Part shown: positions 49,867 through 63,311 of the stretch, piece by piece
Position numbering within the stretch: position 1 is the first letter of the stretch
Layout: every line of letters begins with the position of its first letter
Assembly: GCF_021869535.1 (NCBI RefSeq)
Contig: NW_026262668.1
Span: 6,510,001-6,574,000 of the forward strand
Direction of reading: 5' to 3'
From: Mytilus californianus
Lineage: Eukaryota
Length of the DNA stretch: 64,000 nucleotides
Position numbers and translations under genes: made by a program
The notes under the pieces: model-generated
What the model saw: only the letters and a program-made list of their open reading frames with translations
What the model was told of the DNA's origin: nothing
The model's database searches: none

Positions 49867-52800
49867 TTAAAAGAGTTTGCTCTAAAGAGACATAAGGTAT
49901 TAGTTGTCAGATGTGTATACCCTTCAGGAACTTTGACCCAGTAAATATTCATGATTAAGAAAAAAAGCACTGGAAATCCAGAAATTTTTCTATCTTTTTA
50001 TTATTGTGTGACATTGCAACGGGGGCAGTTTCGCAAAAACAAAAAGTTACATTTTAAATTTTGATAGCATTATTTATATGCAACATTTCCTAAAATATCA
50101 ATAACCAATCTCTCATTTTTCATTGTTTAACAATGGCAATAATAATTTGCATACAAAAGTATTTTGCACTGCTTTTAGTAATTGATATTATTATTATTTG
50201 TATTGTTTAATTGTGAAGTTTGGTTGACATCACATTACATAAAGAACATCTTCATTTATTCATATAGCACATGCAATGCTAACACCACCATGGTACATAC
50301 ATTTTGAAGTATTCCTTTAACATTTTCATGAAACAGTTTACAATTATCCATTTCATTAAAGTCATTTGATTACATATTTTGGTTGACCTTCACACTAGTT
50401 GAAGGTTAGTTAATTCGGTTTTCCTATACCATTTGTATACATTTCAAGAAAAATGAAGAAATGAATACTGTTGTGAACATTGACATATAAACTAGATAAA
50501 TACTACATGCTTGATAAGGTTAAGACAATTTAACAATAAAAGAAAGCCAAGAAGAAACACCTTCCTTTCAGCAGTATGCAGGTACAAAGATCCTATTGTG
50601 AAACAAATATACACAGTTTGTTTTTCATATCATAGTATGAACTCATGTTCTAACTTTTATGTAACAGTTGTGAAACTATGTAAAAGTTAATATATGGATA
50701 ATTCAAATGTGTCTTGCAGCAGCGATCACTGATGACAAAACTGCATTTTTAGCTTACTTGACCCAATATGGGCTATTGTCATCACTATGTGTCCCTTGTC
50801 TGTCTGTATATGAATATTGGTAACTAAAATATCTTGTTATTACTCTCTGATGCATACTTTATGATCTTATATTAGGGTCTATGCAATATTCATGACATTT
50901 TCCAATATTGTTGATGTGGATCTTATTTAAACTTGTCGACTCAGATGGCATAGTTATTCAAAAATTTTATGTATTTTTAAGGTTAACAGTCAACAAGACA
51001 ACCTTGGTCTTCCGTTTGTTCTTCAAGCATGATCAATAAAAGAGCTTGTGTGCACCATAACTTGGAGTCCTCCAGAACTGAGTCTTTAAGAACTACACGC
51101 ATGAATTTGAAGTGGTAGAATACCTGAGAGGAAACCTATCCTTAAAAGATTCAATATGGACATATTTAACCATATTCAATAAATCAACTGACTTGTCAAC
51201 AGATTAGTGTAGTTTATCACCACAACCTGAAACAAACATTGGGTAGTTTCCCTATCATACAAGTACAAGTAATCACCACAACCTGAAAAAAACTCATTTA
51301 TTTGTAAGAAGTGGTTATTATTCAAGACTCAATAAATTACATTAATGGGAGGTAGCAAGTCTTGGATCTAATATCAATTTTATATATGCATCATTCATGT
51401 GGAAAGACATTACACAAAGGAATAATAAAAACGATTTTGATATAAGAAAATTAGTTTTTTTAAGTAGTACATCATTTATCGAGTTAAAAAAGAAAAAAAA
51501 AAACTGGTAATGAACTCAGTTGCAGGAACTCAACATTTCATTATTTAAGACATGTTAGAATAATAAAAATATCTTGTAAAATAAAAATATAAAGGAGATG
51601 TGGTGCAAACAAAATAAATTTATGATTTCCAATGAGACTATCCACCATAGACCAAATGATGATAATGTAAGCAACTAAAGATAACCGAATGGCGTTTGAC
51701 AATGAGTAAAACCCTTACTGTAAGTAACATGATAAAGGCCGTGGACATGACAATATTTGTAACAATTCAATTGAGAAAAATTTGTAAGGCTGTAAATGTG
51801 CTCAGGTTTCCACACATGAAAAATGCAAATATTGGGAAACTTGAATGAGACAGTGACCTTTGAACAATTCTATCTAAATGAAGAACCTATAAGGCAAGTT
51901 TGAAATTAGCCGTGAAGGGAAAAAATGTTGAATATATACCAAAGAAAATAGGCATCTTCTTTAAATCATATGGCAGACTTGAACATTAACCATTGTTAAC
52001 TAACAAGTATGGTGGCCAGATGCGGCTTTTTCGCGTTTTCCCCTTTCACTTTCACGTGAAATAAAAAAAAAAAGAGAAATTGAGAAATTGAGAAAATCAG
52101 GAAATCAGGAAATTGAGAAAGCAAAAAAGCGAAAACGCGAAGGCGAAAACGGGAAATCGATTTCTCGATTTCCCGATTTCGCTTTCTCGCTTTCCCGATT
52201 TCCCGATTAATCAATTATTGCAATTTCGCATTTTCAAAATGTAATCGTAACTAAATGAAGTGACTTTAGGGTTATTATATTTTGAACAGAATTATCTAGT
52301 TATCCATTCCAATTGACTTGTGCTAGAATGGACTTGGTAAAACTCAAACTTTCAAATACTAACAAGTTACAAGTAAATAAACAATGTCCAAGGAACTGCA
52401 TCCTTCTTGAGGCTTTTCAGGAATGGAGAAAACGTGAAATGGCCGCATCTGGCCACCGTAAACAGGGGTTGTGCCATTGGAAGATATCATGTCTGACAAT
52501 TTTTAAAATAAAAAGTGATTTGGGGGTTTACATAAAAAAAAAACCAACCAAAGTATTTAGGTTTGCTTAAAGATTAAGTTTGGTGAATAAAGCAAAACTG
52601 TCACAAAGAAGGTCACTCTGACCTATATTATTATCACTACATTTAAGTTTTTACTGGAGTTATTCCTGCCATAAATTTGAGCTCTGTCCCCCTTGGCAAA
52701 GCTTCTGGAAGGGAGAGATATTTTGCATTCCAAAAATGTACACATGGATTACTTTTTAATATTTGATGTATACTAATCTGATTCCTTATTTAATGACATT

Positions 52801-53972
52801 TGTTTTTGTCTTGCTTGCAACGAAAGTCGTGGAAAGCGAGACATAGGGATTGCTTTTCTAGTGATGGCTGCGGTGACAGCTGCTGCGGTGGCTTCAACTA
52901 TTGTTAAGTTTTCTGCTTGAATTAGTTTGATAGGAACTACTTGTGATAGATCATTGTTATTTAATATAAAGTTGCATTACTATCAGTACATATCAGTTTG
53001 ACAAATATTTCGAGGCCCTGCCCCCTAGGTCATGGTCCAGCAACTTTGAATTAACTATCAATTTTCAATGATAAGTTTTCTGCTTAAGTTAGTTTGATAG
53101 GAACTACTTATGATAGATCAATGATATTTTGTATAAAGTCGCATTACTATCAGTACATATCAGTTTGACGACCATTTCTAGGCCCTGCCCACGAGATCAT
53201 GGTCCAGTGACTTTGAATTAATGAGCAATTTTCAATGTTAAGTTTTCTGCTTGAGTTAGTTTGATAGGAACTACTTGTGATAGATCATTGATATTTAATA
53301 TAAAGTTACATTACTACCAGTACATATCAGTTTGACGACTATTTCGAGGCCCTGCCCACTAGGTCATGGTCCAGCAACTTTGAATTAACTAGCAATTTTC
53401 AAGGTTAAGTTTTCTGCTTAAGTTAGATTGATAGGAATTACTTGTGATAGATCATTGATATTTAATACGAAGTTGCATTACTATCAGTATCAGTATCAGT
53501 TTGATGACTATTTTGAGGCCCTGCCCCCTAAGTCATGGTCCAGCGACTTTGAATTAATAATCAATTTTCAATGTTAAGTTTTCTGCTTGAGAAAGTTTGA
53601 TAGGATTTACTTGTGATAGATTAATGATATTTTGTATGAAGTTGCATTGCTATCAGTACATATCTGTTTGACGACTATTTTGAGGCGTTGCCCCCTAGGT
53701 CATGGTCCAGTGACTTAAAATTAATTAGCAATTTTCAATGTTAAGTTTTCTGCTTAAGTCAGTTTGATAAGAACTACTTGTGATAGATCAATGATATTTT
53801 GTATAAAGTTGCATTTCTATCATTACATCTCAGTTTGTCGACCATTTCTAGGCCCTGCCCACAAGATCATGGTCCAGCTACTTTGAATTAATAAGCAATA
53901 TTGCTGTCCATCAGGTTGTCTTTTTAAGAATTTTATGCAGACAGGCGAGATATATCTCTGTGTCAACAGTTT
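52801..53972 (-). mobile_element. Helentron-type non-autonomous element with internal 167-bp tandem array (6 copies)
   Basis: Unit starts near 52904, 53071, 53238, 53405, 53574 and 53741. The minus-strand 3' end ATCCCTATGTCTCGC..CGACTTTCGTTGCAAGCAAGACAAAA and 5' end ..ATATCTCGCCTGT resemble the termini of 29673-30731. Confidence 0.88.
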
Positions 53973-56576
53973 ATTAATATTCTTTCAGTCCTTCATTGCA
54001 TTCCATACAGCCACCTGTTGCTTTTTAGAATTATATGATGGAATATTTTCATAGCACACAACATCATTGTTTTGTTTGAACTGTAACATATTGTGTCTTG
54101 TACTTTATATTCAATTGTGTTGCCACACTCCGATCTCAAAATCAATACGACTTTAAACCACGAAACCTATTGTAAGGATGCACTTTTAAAAAGTAGGTAG
54201 ATGGGACCTACACTATATAAATGTTAAGACCAAGTTTAGATATCAGAGGATAAGTGGTCCGTATTCAAACAACTTTTAGTAAGGATGCTTCTTTGTGAAT
54301 ATTGCCACCCATAAAAAGTAGGTCACTTTATGCTTCTCTGACTTCAAATAAAGTTCAATTGAGAAAACTAACAGATTTATATAACAAAACAATTTAAGAA
54401 AAAACAAATATGACAGACATGATCCAAAGACAACCACTGAACTGCAGGCTTCTGACTTTGGACAGGCACATAAAGAATGTGGCAGGGTTAAACATGTTTG
54501 AAGGCGCTAACCCTCCCCCTAACCTGGGACATATATTTTGTTTTCATTTTAATGGATAGTTGTATTCAAAAATAACTTTTTTTACATAATAGTTATCTTC
54601 AAGTAAAATTATGAGCAGTTTTCATGAACCTTTGGTGAATTGTTTATATCTATTGATGTAAGCTCCCTTTCAATTTTTATAAATTTTAGATTTTATGTTT
54701 TTGAGTTATGGGATTTTATTCATAAAAAAGGGGTGATTTTCCAGTTTTCGGACAATATCTTTAAAGAGCTTTGAGCAGTTTCTATAAAACTTTGGTGACT
54801 GGTTTATATCTGTTAAGATAACCTCCCTTTAGTTTTTCATAAATTTCTGATTTGACATTGAGAAGTTATTGAACTTTATTTTTTGAAAAAGCGACAGGCG
54901 TATCATGCGCTCATGGCACAGCTGTTTATTTTTTGTTGTTGTTGTATTTTTACCTACTGGAAATGTGAACAATTATGCAGTCTATTTGACTAACCATACC
55001 ATCATGAATAAGATTCTCATGAGTCTGAACTAGTAAAAGGATTCTCAATCTCTAATCAATAATGGATTCAGTTTTGAAGTAATATCTAACCCAATAGAAA
55101 GTACTTTTTGCATTTTATTTTTGAGTAGCATTTGACATGGAAAGGCAACTTTAACTAAAAATGAATTAATTTGCATCTAAAATACAATATAAAGAATTAA
55201 TATTCCAAATATGATTTTGGTTTGTGTTAAGAATGTCTTTGATATATATTTTTTGGCTTGATAAATCACCTGCATTTGATTCACTACCAGGGTGAAACAT
55301 TCATGTTGTCAAATCCTACTTGAAGTTGAATATTAAAGAGTCTATATCATATACTTGAAACATTTTTCAACAATTATTTGTATTTCTGTATAGATTTAAA
55401 ATGTTATTCAGCGCTATTTGGTGCTGTTGAAGGCAATTTGATATGAAATTGCACATTTTTCATGTATTTGTACTATTTTTCATCAATAGACATCTGAAAC
55501 TAAAATCAAATTAAATTGTATAAAGTTAAACTTCCAACACATTGTTGTTTAATAGTTTGAAAATGTCCTTCTTATACAATTGTGGGATAAATACTCAAAA
55601 TTTGACAAAATTTGTCAATAATTGTGGTTTTGTGTTGTCTTTAGTCTTTAGTTAAAATGTCATTTTATTGTAAGAACCTGAAAGTACATAAATGGAGCTG
55701 TGAATATGAATATGAGTATAAAGATTAAAAGACTTTTTGAAAGTGACCCTGGTGTGAAATAGATTCAGAGTAAATTGGTCCTGCTTTAATTCATACAGTG
55801 TGAGATGCATATTTTCTAAAGGAGTGTTATTAATTAAACCATATACATATATGTAGTTTTCTATAAGATGCTGCCCTTTTTTAGCTCTAAAAAATATCAG
55901 TATTCAGATATAATACTCATGCATAGTAACTTAAAATAGATTCTTATAGAAAAATTATAAAAAGAGCTTGTAAAAGATTTTGCTGCATTAAAAGTTCCTT
56001 TTTTCTTTTTTCAGGGAATTATTTCAGAGGACTTTTTGTGCTTTTTTCAATGAGTACTTTCCATTACTTTTTTCTGATCATATATATCAACCCTAAAATG
56101 AATATTTTTCGATATTTTGTTTTCTATAGACAACAAAGGATATGGTTTAAGTGTTAATTTGTTTTAGCTAACATTTAGAAAAAGTTGCTAGACTAGTAAT
56201 TATAGAATGTTACCACCCTTCTTTACTAAAATTATAAATAACTAAAGTAAAAGTAACTATTTCATATTTCCATGTAAACATGGTTGATAATGACAAGAAA
56301 AGTAATTGTTTGTATAAACACACAACTGATATGGAAACAAGTTTGTCCACAAGTGAAACTGATTAATCAGTGAGTAGATAAGGTTAACTGTAGATAGAAC
56401 AGTCAGATAATCTGAACCTATGCAATTCCCCACTAATTGAAGAAACTTCAAAGTTATATCACCTTTTTATGAAATAAAGTGTATTATTTATGTTTTGGAA
56501 ACTTTTCACTCCCTGGCTTCTAAGACAATACCATATGCATGAATAATTAAACATCTTGAGTTCCACATCAATATTT

Positions 56577-56810
56577 GAGCTGCGTCTGATAGAAATCGAC
56601 CTTATGCAAATGAATATCAATACATATGTTAACTTATTTCGGGTTGAAAAATCTGTATGCAAAGTCTGTAACTGTTTGAAAATTGAGATGATATAAGAGC
56701 CCTACACAACAGACCAAACTTCATCTTTTATTTTGTATTTGGATGTTCCAAAATCAATAAAAGTCATATATGTGCACTTGCATAAGGTCGATTTTTATCC
56801 GACGCAGCTC
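56577..56810. mobile_element. Sola2-like MITE (GAG..CTC termini, 33-bp TIRs, 4-bp TSD ATTT)
   Basis: GAGCTGCGTCTGATAGAAATCGACCTTATGCAA vs TTGCATAAGGTCGATTTTTATCCGACGCAGCTC (2 mismatches), with ATTT on both flanks. Confidence 0.85.
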
Positions 56811-57322
56811 ATTTAATATTGCATCAGTTTCATCCGGATATGGTATCCGAGTTTGTGGAGGATTTTACTCACGCCTTCATCTGGTACTCCGTCTTGTCAA
56901 AATCTGCAAGAGCGTAAGAAGAAAAAACATACGGGGAAACCAGTTTAAAGTTTGTAAATAGCTGACTGCTGTAAAATTCATTTTTAAAGTAGATGCTTAC
57001 GTTTTGAAATCTTTCATATCTTCTGATCTCAAGGTAGGCCTAATTGTATTCTAACATCAGAGACCATGTTGTTAATATTAGAAAACCGATAGACGCTGAA
57101 CAGTCGAAATTGTTTGTGAAAAATACACGCGCCCGGCATCTGGTCTGGGACAAACAATATAGGGGAATTGTTAGTACACTATTACCAGATCTGATGTTTC
57201 ATAAAATCAGGGACACTGATTCGCAGGTTTCCAATACTGAGTAGACAATGGCCCCTAAAATTTCACCTGGGCCACTTATTTTTTTTTTGGCTGGGCTACC
57301 ACTGTACCAATATTATTAATAC

Positions 57323-59541
57323 CAGAAGTCCATTACTAGACGAAGTGTGCAACTCGCTATATAGTAAGGCGATCACGTTGTCCCCATACTTCCAACTGTG
57401 ATTGGAACGGGATTTGAGCTAGATTGCTATTAATAGTAACAAAAGTCAAACAAAAGCCAAATTTTTTGTGATGCATTCTGGGTAGAGATAATTTATTCAA
57501 AACACCCTATAAATTAATTAGCACACAATTGAATATAATGTTTGACCATCGACGTGTTAATGAATAGCAGATCCTAGATGCGATATTATATCAGTGTCAT
57601 GAGTCATTATGATGGTTTAAATATTAAAAGATAAAAATGTTTGTATAATTTATCAATTGAAAAACTACAATTATAATGAAGTAAACTTGTAAAACAGAAT
57701 AACAAAAACCTCACTTCTTAATACAATAAATGTTTGGTTTTAGAGGTAATTGTGAAAAAAATGCCATTAAAAAGTTGGCAAGGAAAAATTAGGTCGGAAA
57801 ATTGTGTATACATAAACAGTACAAATAACACTGTACGTATTAGGAATGACATTTTAATAGGAATAAACATTATATTATATTTATTTTAAGAATATATGTT
57901 AGGATTTACAAATTTCAAAAAATAAGATTTTTTTTAAGTTACAAGGGATTTCTGTAGATATAACCATTTTTAGCAAAATTAACAAATTGTATCCTCAATT
58001 TTGAAAAAAGAGGGGGGAATTATTGTATGGCCTTTCTTCAATTTCAAATATCTTCGATCCTGCGTAACTGAGATCTTGACGGTAATACTACCTCGGTGAT
58101 AGTGTGGACGAATAGAGGTTATCATTTCAGTCAGATATTGTTACATTTATCCGTTAAAATACATGTAAAAAATGCAGTTCTCAACACGTGCGTTCGACAT
58201 ATAAATTTTATAGGTTAAAATTGTAGGAAAAGTTGCGATCACGATCTTTGTAAACAAATGAGTAATAAATATATATTCTTTATGGTAGTATACTTTATAC
58301 TGAAATAAGACGAAGTCCTATTTCAAAAACCTAGCTGTAGGATAATTTGATTTAATTTGTTCAAATACTAAATCAATCTCAAGAGTTGAGTTGTGCCGTA
58401 AAGAAATAAAGTCAGTAATTCCTGGAATTGTCCGGTTGCAACAGTAAAACCCTTCCTTACAAGTGTGGGATGTATACATTAATAGCAGCCGCGTCAGGTC
58501 GAAGGAGGAACTTCAGATCTAGCCTGACATCCTGACCCAGTCTAATACTTCGTCGAGCAGTTAGCCAGGATCCCAGGCTACTTCAAGTGAAACCTAGTAC
58601 CTCGCGTATTCAGTATGAATGTTACGACCTCTGATGTCAAATTACACTTGAGACAACTCTGTGATGGGATATGCATATTTATATTTGCCACTGAATGTTA
58701 CGTTAGCAACACGCGATAAATCAAATTTTTTAATCCACATGATCTACAGATGTCTTCAGTTTTGTGAGTACAAAACACAAAAAAAAGGACGTTTATGCGT
58801 TGCATCACTGACTCACGTATACTGTGATCTTGTGATATAGCGAACGTAATGACGGACAACATGAGAAAAGTATGTCTCTTAATTTAAAAAAGGTAAAAAA
58901 AACAAGAGACTTTTGAAATTCGAAATTGTTTCGAAGTCATATGAAGCAACAAATGGTCAGATATTATTGTTTTTCTGTAGAAGCGAAGAAAAAACCCTGT
59001 CATTTGCTTATTCATCACCGTATATAGCTTCCTTGGTGCCGTAAATGACAGAGACATAATTCGCCAACACAACGCAATTCTATTTAAAAAAGGAGACAGT
59101 TATGACTTTATTTTGACAAAAACGACTACATCTTTTAGATAGACGATACATTTTAAGTCCGACACGGCAGATTTTAAAGTTCTCATTTGCCTTTATGCGA
59201 TGAAAGATGGTACCAATGAATTCGTTTATAAAATTTTATATCATTTTCTAAATATTGAATTTAAATGAAGAAGTAAACTAACTGGCAATAAGAATTAAAC
59301 CACCGCACTAACGGTCGGCTGACTTCATTTACACCAAACTGATAATTAATCAAACGCTCAAGGAGACTAATTAACAGCTATCTGTTCGATGATAATATTT
59401 TTACCCATAATTCCATAGTTATAAAACGAGATTTTGGGGGACCACCAATGGCGCTTTCCACTGATAAAGGGGACATCGTGATCGCCTTACTATATAGCAC
59501 AGGTTGCACACTAAGTCACTTCGTCTAGTAATGGACTTCTG
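57323..59541. mobile_element. Non-autonomous P-superfamily (Galileo-like) TIR element, about 2.2 kb, 7-bp TSD TTAATAC
   Basis: About 65-bp imperfect TIRs CAGAAGTCCATTACTAGACGAAGTG..CTATATAGTAAGGCGATCACG..GTCCCC. Exact 7-bp TSD at 57316-57322 and 59542-59548. CA..TG termini. Confidence 0.85.
58520..58580. mobile_element. 61-bp mini-MITE TAGCCTG..CAGGCTA nested in a degraded SINE
   Basis: 16-bp imperfect TIRs (13/16). Flanks CTTCAGATC / CTTCAAGTG could be a decayed 9-bp TSD. Confidence 0.6.
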
Positions 59542-62500
59542 TTAATACCCATCCCTGGAAATGGGTTGCTTCTTCTTTCAAATAAAGAATTGTATTCAAT
59601 AACTGAATGGATATGGTCCCTAAAAATCTTTGTGTGCAATGTCAGGAAACAGAGCTTATCTTCTCAAAGCTATTTACATAAATTTATAATACTTTGACAT
59701 GTGCATGATGTGGGAGGGGTTTTGTTAGGATTCTTTAGCTAAAAGAGACTGTGGCACTGTTCCATCTTTTAACTTTAAACACATGACCTAGATGCGTTAG
59801 TTAAACATGTTAAAATGAGAGGCAAATTGTGATGGGGATTAGCTTATCAAAGTTACCAGACACTCTACCGAGACCACCATAAACATGATAAAGTCCACTC
59901 TAACATCAATGTTGTATACCTGTATTTAGACAAATATATTACAAGGTAAACAGGTATTTAATATACAAACAGATGTTCTGTTCATATTTTGTCTCGTAAT
60001 AATACCCTGGTAAATCAGCAGTTTAAGTTATGCTGGTAGAGAGGTATCAGCCTGTGCTTTCGGTTCATGTCTTGAAAAACTTATATAACTGCTCGACAGC
60101 CCTAAAAATACAAAAACAACTCAAGCTGAGGACAGGTATCAGAAACATAGAAATGATGAGAGGTAAAGATTGTGCCAAGCAATGTTTTTGCTCACATATA
60201 ACAAAAAAACCAAGATTAATAAACAGTATCATATTTAACATGTTTAATCATGTTAATAGACAAAGATAATAGACCACAAACATAGAGGTATCTCATAAAT
60301 TTAAACCTATATTTATAATACATTTTCATATTCAAACCACTTTACTGGATAAGAATGGATGCCGCATTTACAGTGAAAACAACCCATAATGAATTAACCA
60401 AGTGATATTAAAGTGTTTGGCTTTAGTGCTATAATATAAAACCAAGAAGATGTGGTATGATTGCCGATGAGACAACTCTCCACCAGACACCAAATGGCAT
60501 AGAAGTTTATAACTATAGGTCACCATAGTGATACAGCCTTCAACAATGAGCAAAACCCATACCGCATAGTCAGATATAAAAGGCCCCGAAATGACAATTG
60601 TAAAACAATTCAAACAAAAATACACTGAAATACAGGCTCATGACTTGGGAAAGACACATACAGAATGTTGGAGGGGGTGTTAAACTAGTTTGTTTAAGAT
60701 ACTAATTACACATACATGTGACATGCTAGAAATTTAGATGTGACTGAAAACTGAAAAAAATCTCTACAGCTGTACACTTGTCGTTCTTAAAGAATTTAAC
60801 TTCAATCAATCAAGTTCATGACGTCAAACATGCCGACTTCCGAGATAAAAAATACACCACCTGGTTTCACTGACTCTGTAAGCATGGAAAGACTAGATCA
60901 ATTCAGAAGATTGACGACCAGTTACTCTACAATATCCCTCTCAGAATAACCATCCTCATTAATATGGCTATCAAAATGGACCATCTCATTTTAGACCCAA
61001 TAGTCATAAAACATCAAGCTTTTCAATGAATGCACAATTCTTACTATTTTACTATAATAAATTGTAATGAAATGAAACATAAAATCTTGTGGATAGTTGT
61101 CTCATTGGCAATCATACCTCATCTCCTTATTTTTAAATTAAAATTGTATTAAATGAAATAAAAGTACGAATTTCCAGTACAAAAATTATTTACAATCTAA
61201 AGAAATATTGTCCGGATGAGGTTTAAATATCCAATTCTGGACATCAAGTCTCTAGCACGAGAAAAAAGATCCCTATAAAAACTCTAAGAATAACACCCAG
61301 GTAAAATACAATAACTGATAATAGAAAAAGGGAATATACTCATGTATTCCATGCACAATGCCATAATTATATTTATGGAGAGGTCTGCTGTGTCTGGTCA
61401 CCTAATAGATAAGAAGATGTGGTATGAGTGCCAATGAGACAACTCTCCATCCAAGTCACAATTTATGAAAGTAAACCATTATAGGTCAAAGTACAGTCTT
61501 CAACACGGAGCCTTGGCTCACACCGAACAGTAAGCTATAAAGGGCCCCAAAAAATAACTAGTGTAAAACCATTCAAATGGGAAAACCAACGGTCTAATCT
61601 ATATAAAAAACGAGAAACACTTATGAACCACATCAACAAACGACAACTACTGAACATCAGATTCCTAGAATTTTGGCTGCCAGTGGGCAAACTCATAAAT
61701 GTCATATACCAATAATCAAATAATATTTGATATCGGATTGCAATTATAAGTTTATGCTTTTAGTTATCAATTTAAATTTTTTCTGTCTGTATGGAAGACT
61801 TAAACATGTAAAACAAGTACAATAAAAATTCTAGTTATGTTACATTGTGGAGATGAAGAAATCATGAAATGCTCAGTATAATCGGCCGCAGTGAAACAGA
61901 GGATTCCACTGTACCCTCTGTATCACTAGCCTAGGCATTTTTCAGTTCATATATATGATGGGAAAAATGTTTTGCAATACTTACCAGTTATCCTGATTTT
62001 GACATTTTTGTCCAGATTTAGCTAGACAACTGGAATTCAAGAAATTTCAAATATTCAGTAAGTATATATGTTTATCATGTTAATTGTTAGTAAGAAATCA
62101 TGGACTAGCCAAAATCCTGATTTTCATAAATTCTATCCGAAAATTATTGTACATCGATGAATTTTCATGCTTATTGTAGCCATATATCCAACCACAATGT
62201 AAAACTACAAAATATAGGAAAGTCTGAATGATATCTGTCAATAGCCATCTTTTGATGACATTGCTTACTTTGGGTTTCACATTTAGGCTAGACTTGTTGT
62301 GAAGTCCGATTACTAGACGTACAGTATAGAGTATCACTATCGTTGACATACTTCCTTTAGCTTTCAATACATTATCAAACTAGCAAGACGTCTGTTATTT
62401 TAGTTCATACCATTGTACAAAATCTTAGCCACTATACGCAATAACTGTCATTGTATGATCTCTCTGTAGTCAAATGAGGCATGAATCTATTATCTATATG

Positions 62501-63028
62501 CACAGCTTACATTAAATAAAAGATGACACTATATCTTAGACTGATAGTTATCAAACTTGTTTATAAATTCTAACATGACGTTCTTCAAACGCTTTGAGTA
62601 CACACCCGTGGTAAAATATGAATATATTGTTTGGGCTGTTCCAATTGTACTCCCGCGTCATATGTTTTTTTATGAATGAGCTACCCGACGTCATAGAACG
62701 ATGACGTAAGAATATAAGCATTTTACGGGAAAATACACGCTTGTGAAACCGAAAATCATCACAACAAGGAAACGTAAACAAACGATGCAAAAATGTGTTA
62801 TATAAGCCATTTTTTGTATACATATAAGACATATAAGTACAATTATCATTTAGATTCATCCAAACCTATCCAAATATGTTATTGTAAATAGTTTAAGCAT
62901 GTCATTTATTCAGTTTGCTCCGGTCTTTTACGTCAATTTAATAGTGCGTTTATTTATGGGAACGGCAAATAATGCCTTCATCTAGAGCGCTTCGATCCAA
63001 AACAATTGCCGTATTTGTCCTATTAGAC

Positions 63029-63196
63029 GAAATAATTCATGGGGGCTTGAATATATCGTGATTTTACCACGGGTTGTCCCTTTATGCCGATATTTTACCC
63101 CTCGCTATCGGTCAGGGTAAAATATTTGTCATAAACATGATAAAGGGCCAACCCGTGGTAAAATCACGATATATTCAAGCCCCCATGAATTATTTC
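63029..63196. repeat. Long near-perfect palindrome (57-bp outer arms, 1 mismatch)
   Basis: GAAATAATTCATGGGGGCTTGAATATATCGTGATTTTACCACGGGTTGTCCCTTTAT and its reverse complement, with inner stem TATTTTACCC / GGGTAAAATA. A partial arm copy lies at 62604-62630. Confidence 0.92.
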
Positions 63197-63311
63197 TTAA
63201 TTAAATTATAGGTTCATGATATCTTGATTGTGAAGTGAATTTATTTATAGTTGCCACTCCTGCATTTTTTATTTGTATAATATCTACTCCATTTTCAGAA
63301 TAATGTGATAA

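Noticed and set aside
50990-51220. Coding-looking patches here and at about 36600-36740, 45690-45950 and 60800-61000
   Set aside because: Multiple stops, no consistent splice phases and no recognisable motif.
61985-62060. Overlapping splice-like signals on both strands (possible CMTR2 5' UTR exon 62016-62057)
   Set aside because: Short, non-coding and indistinguishable from chance without transcript data.
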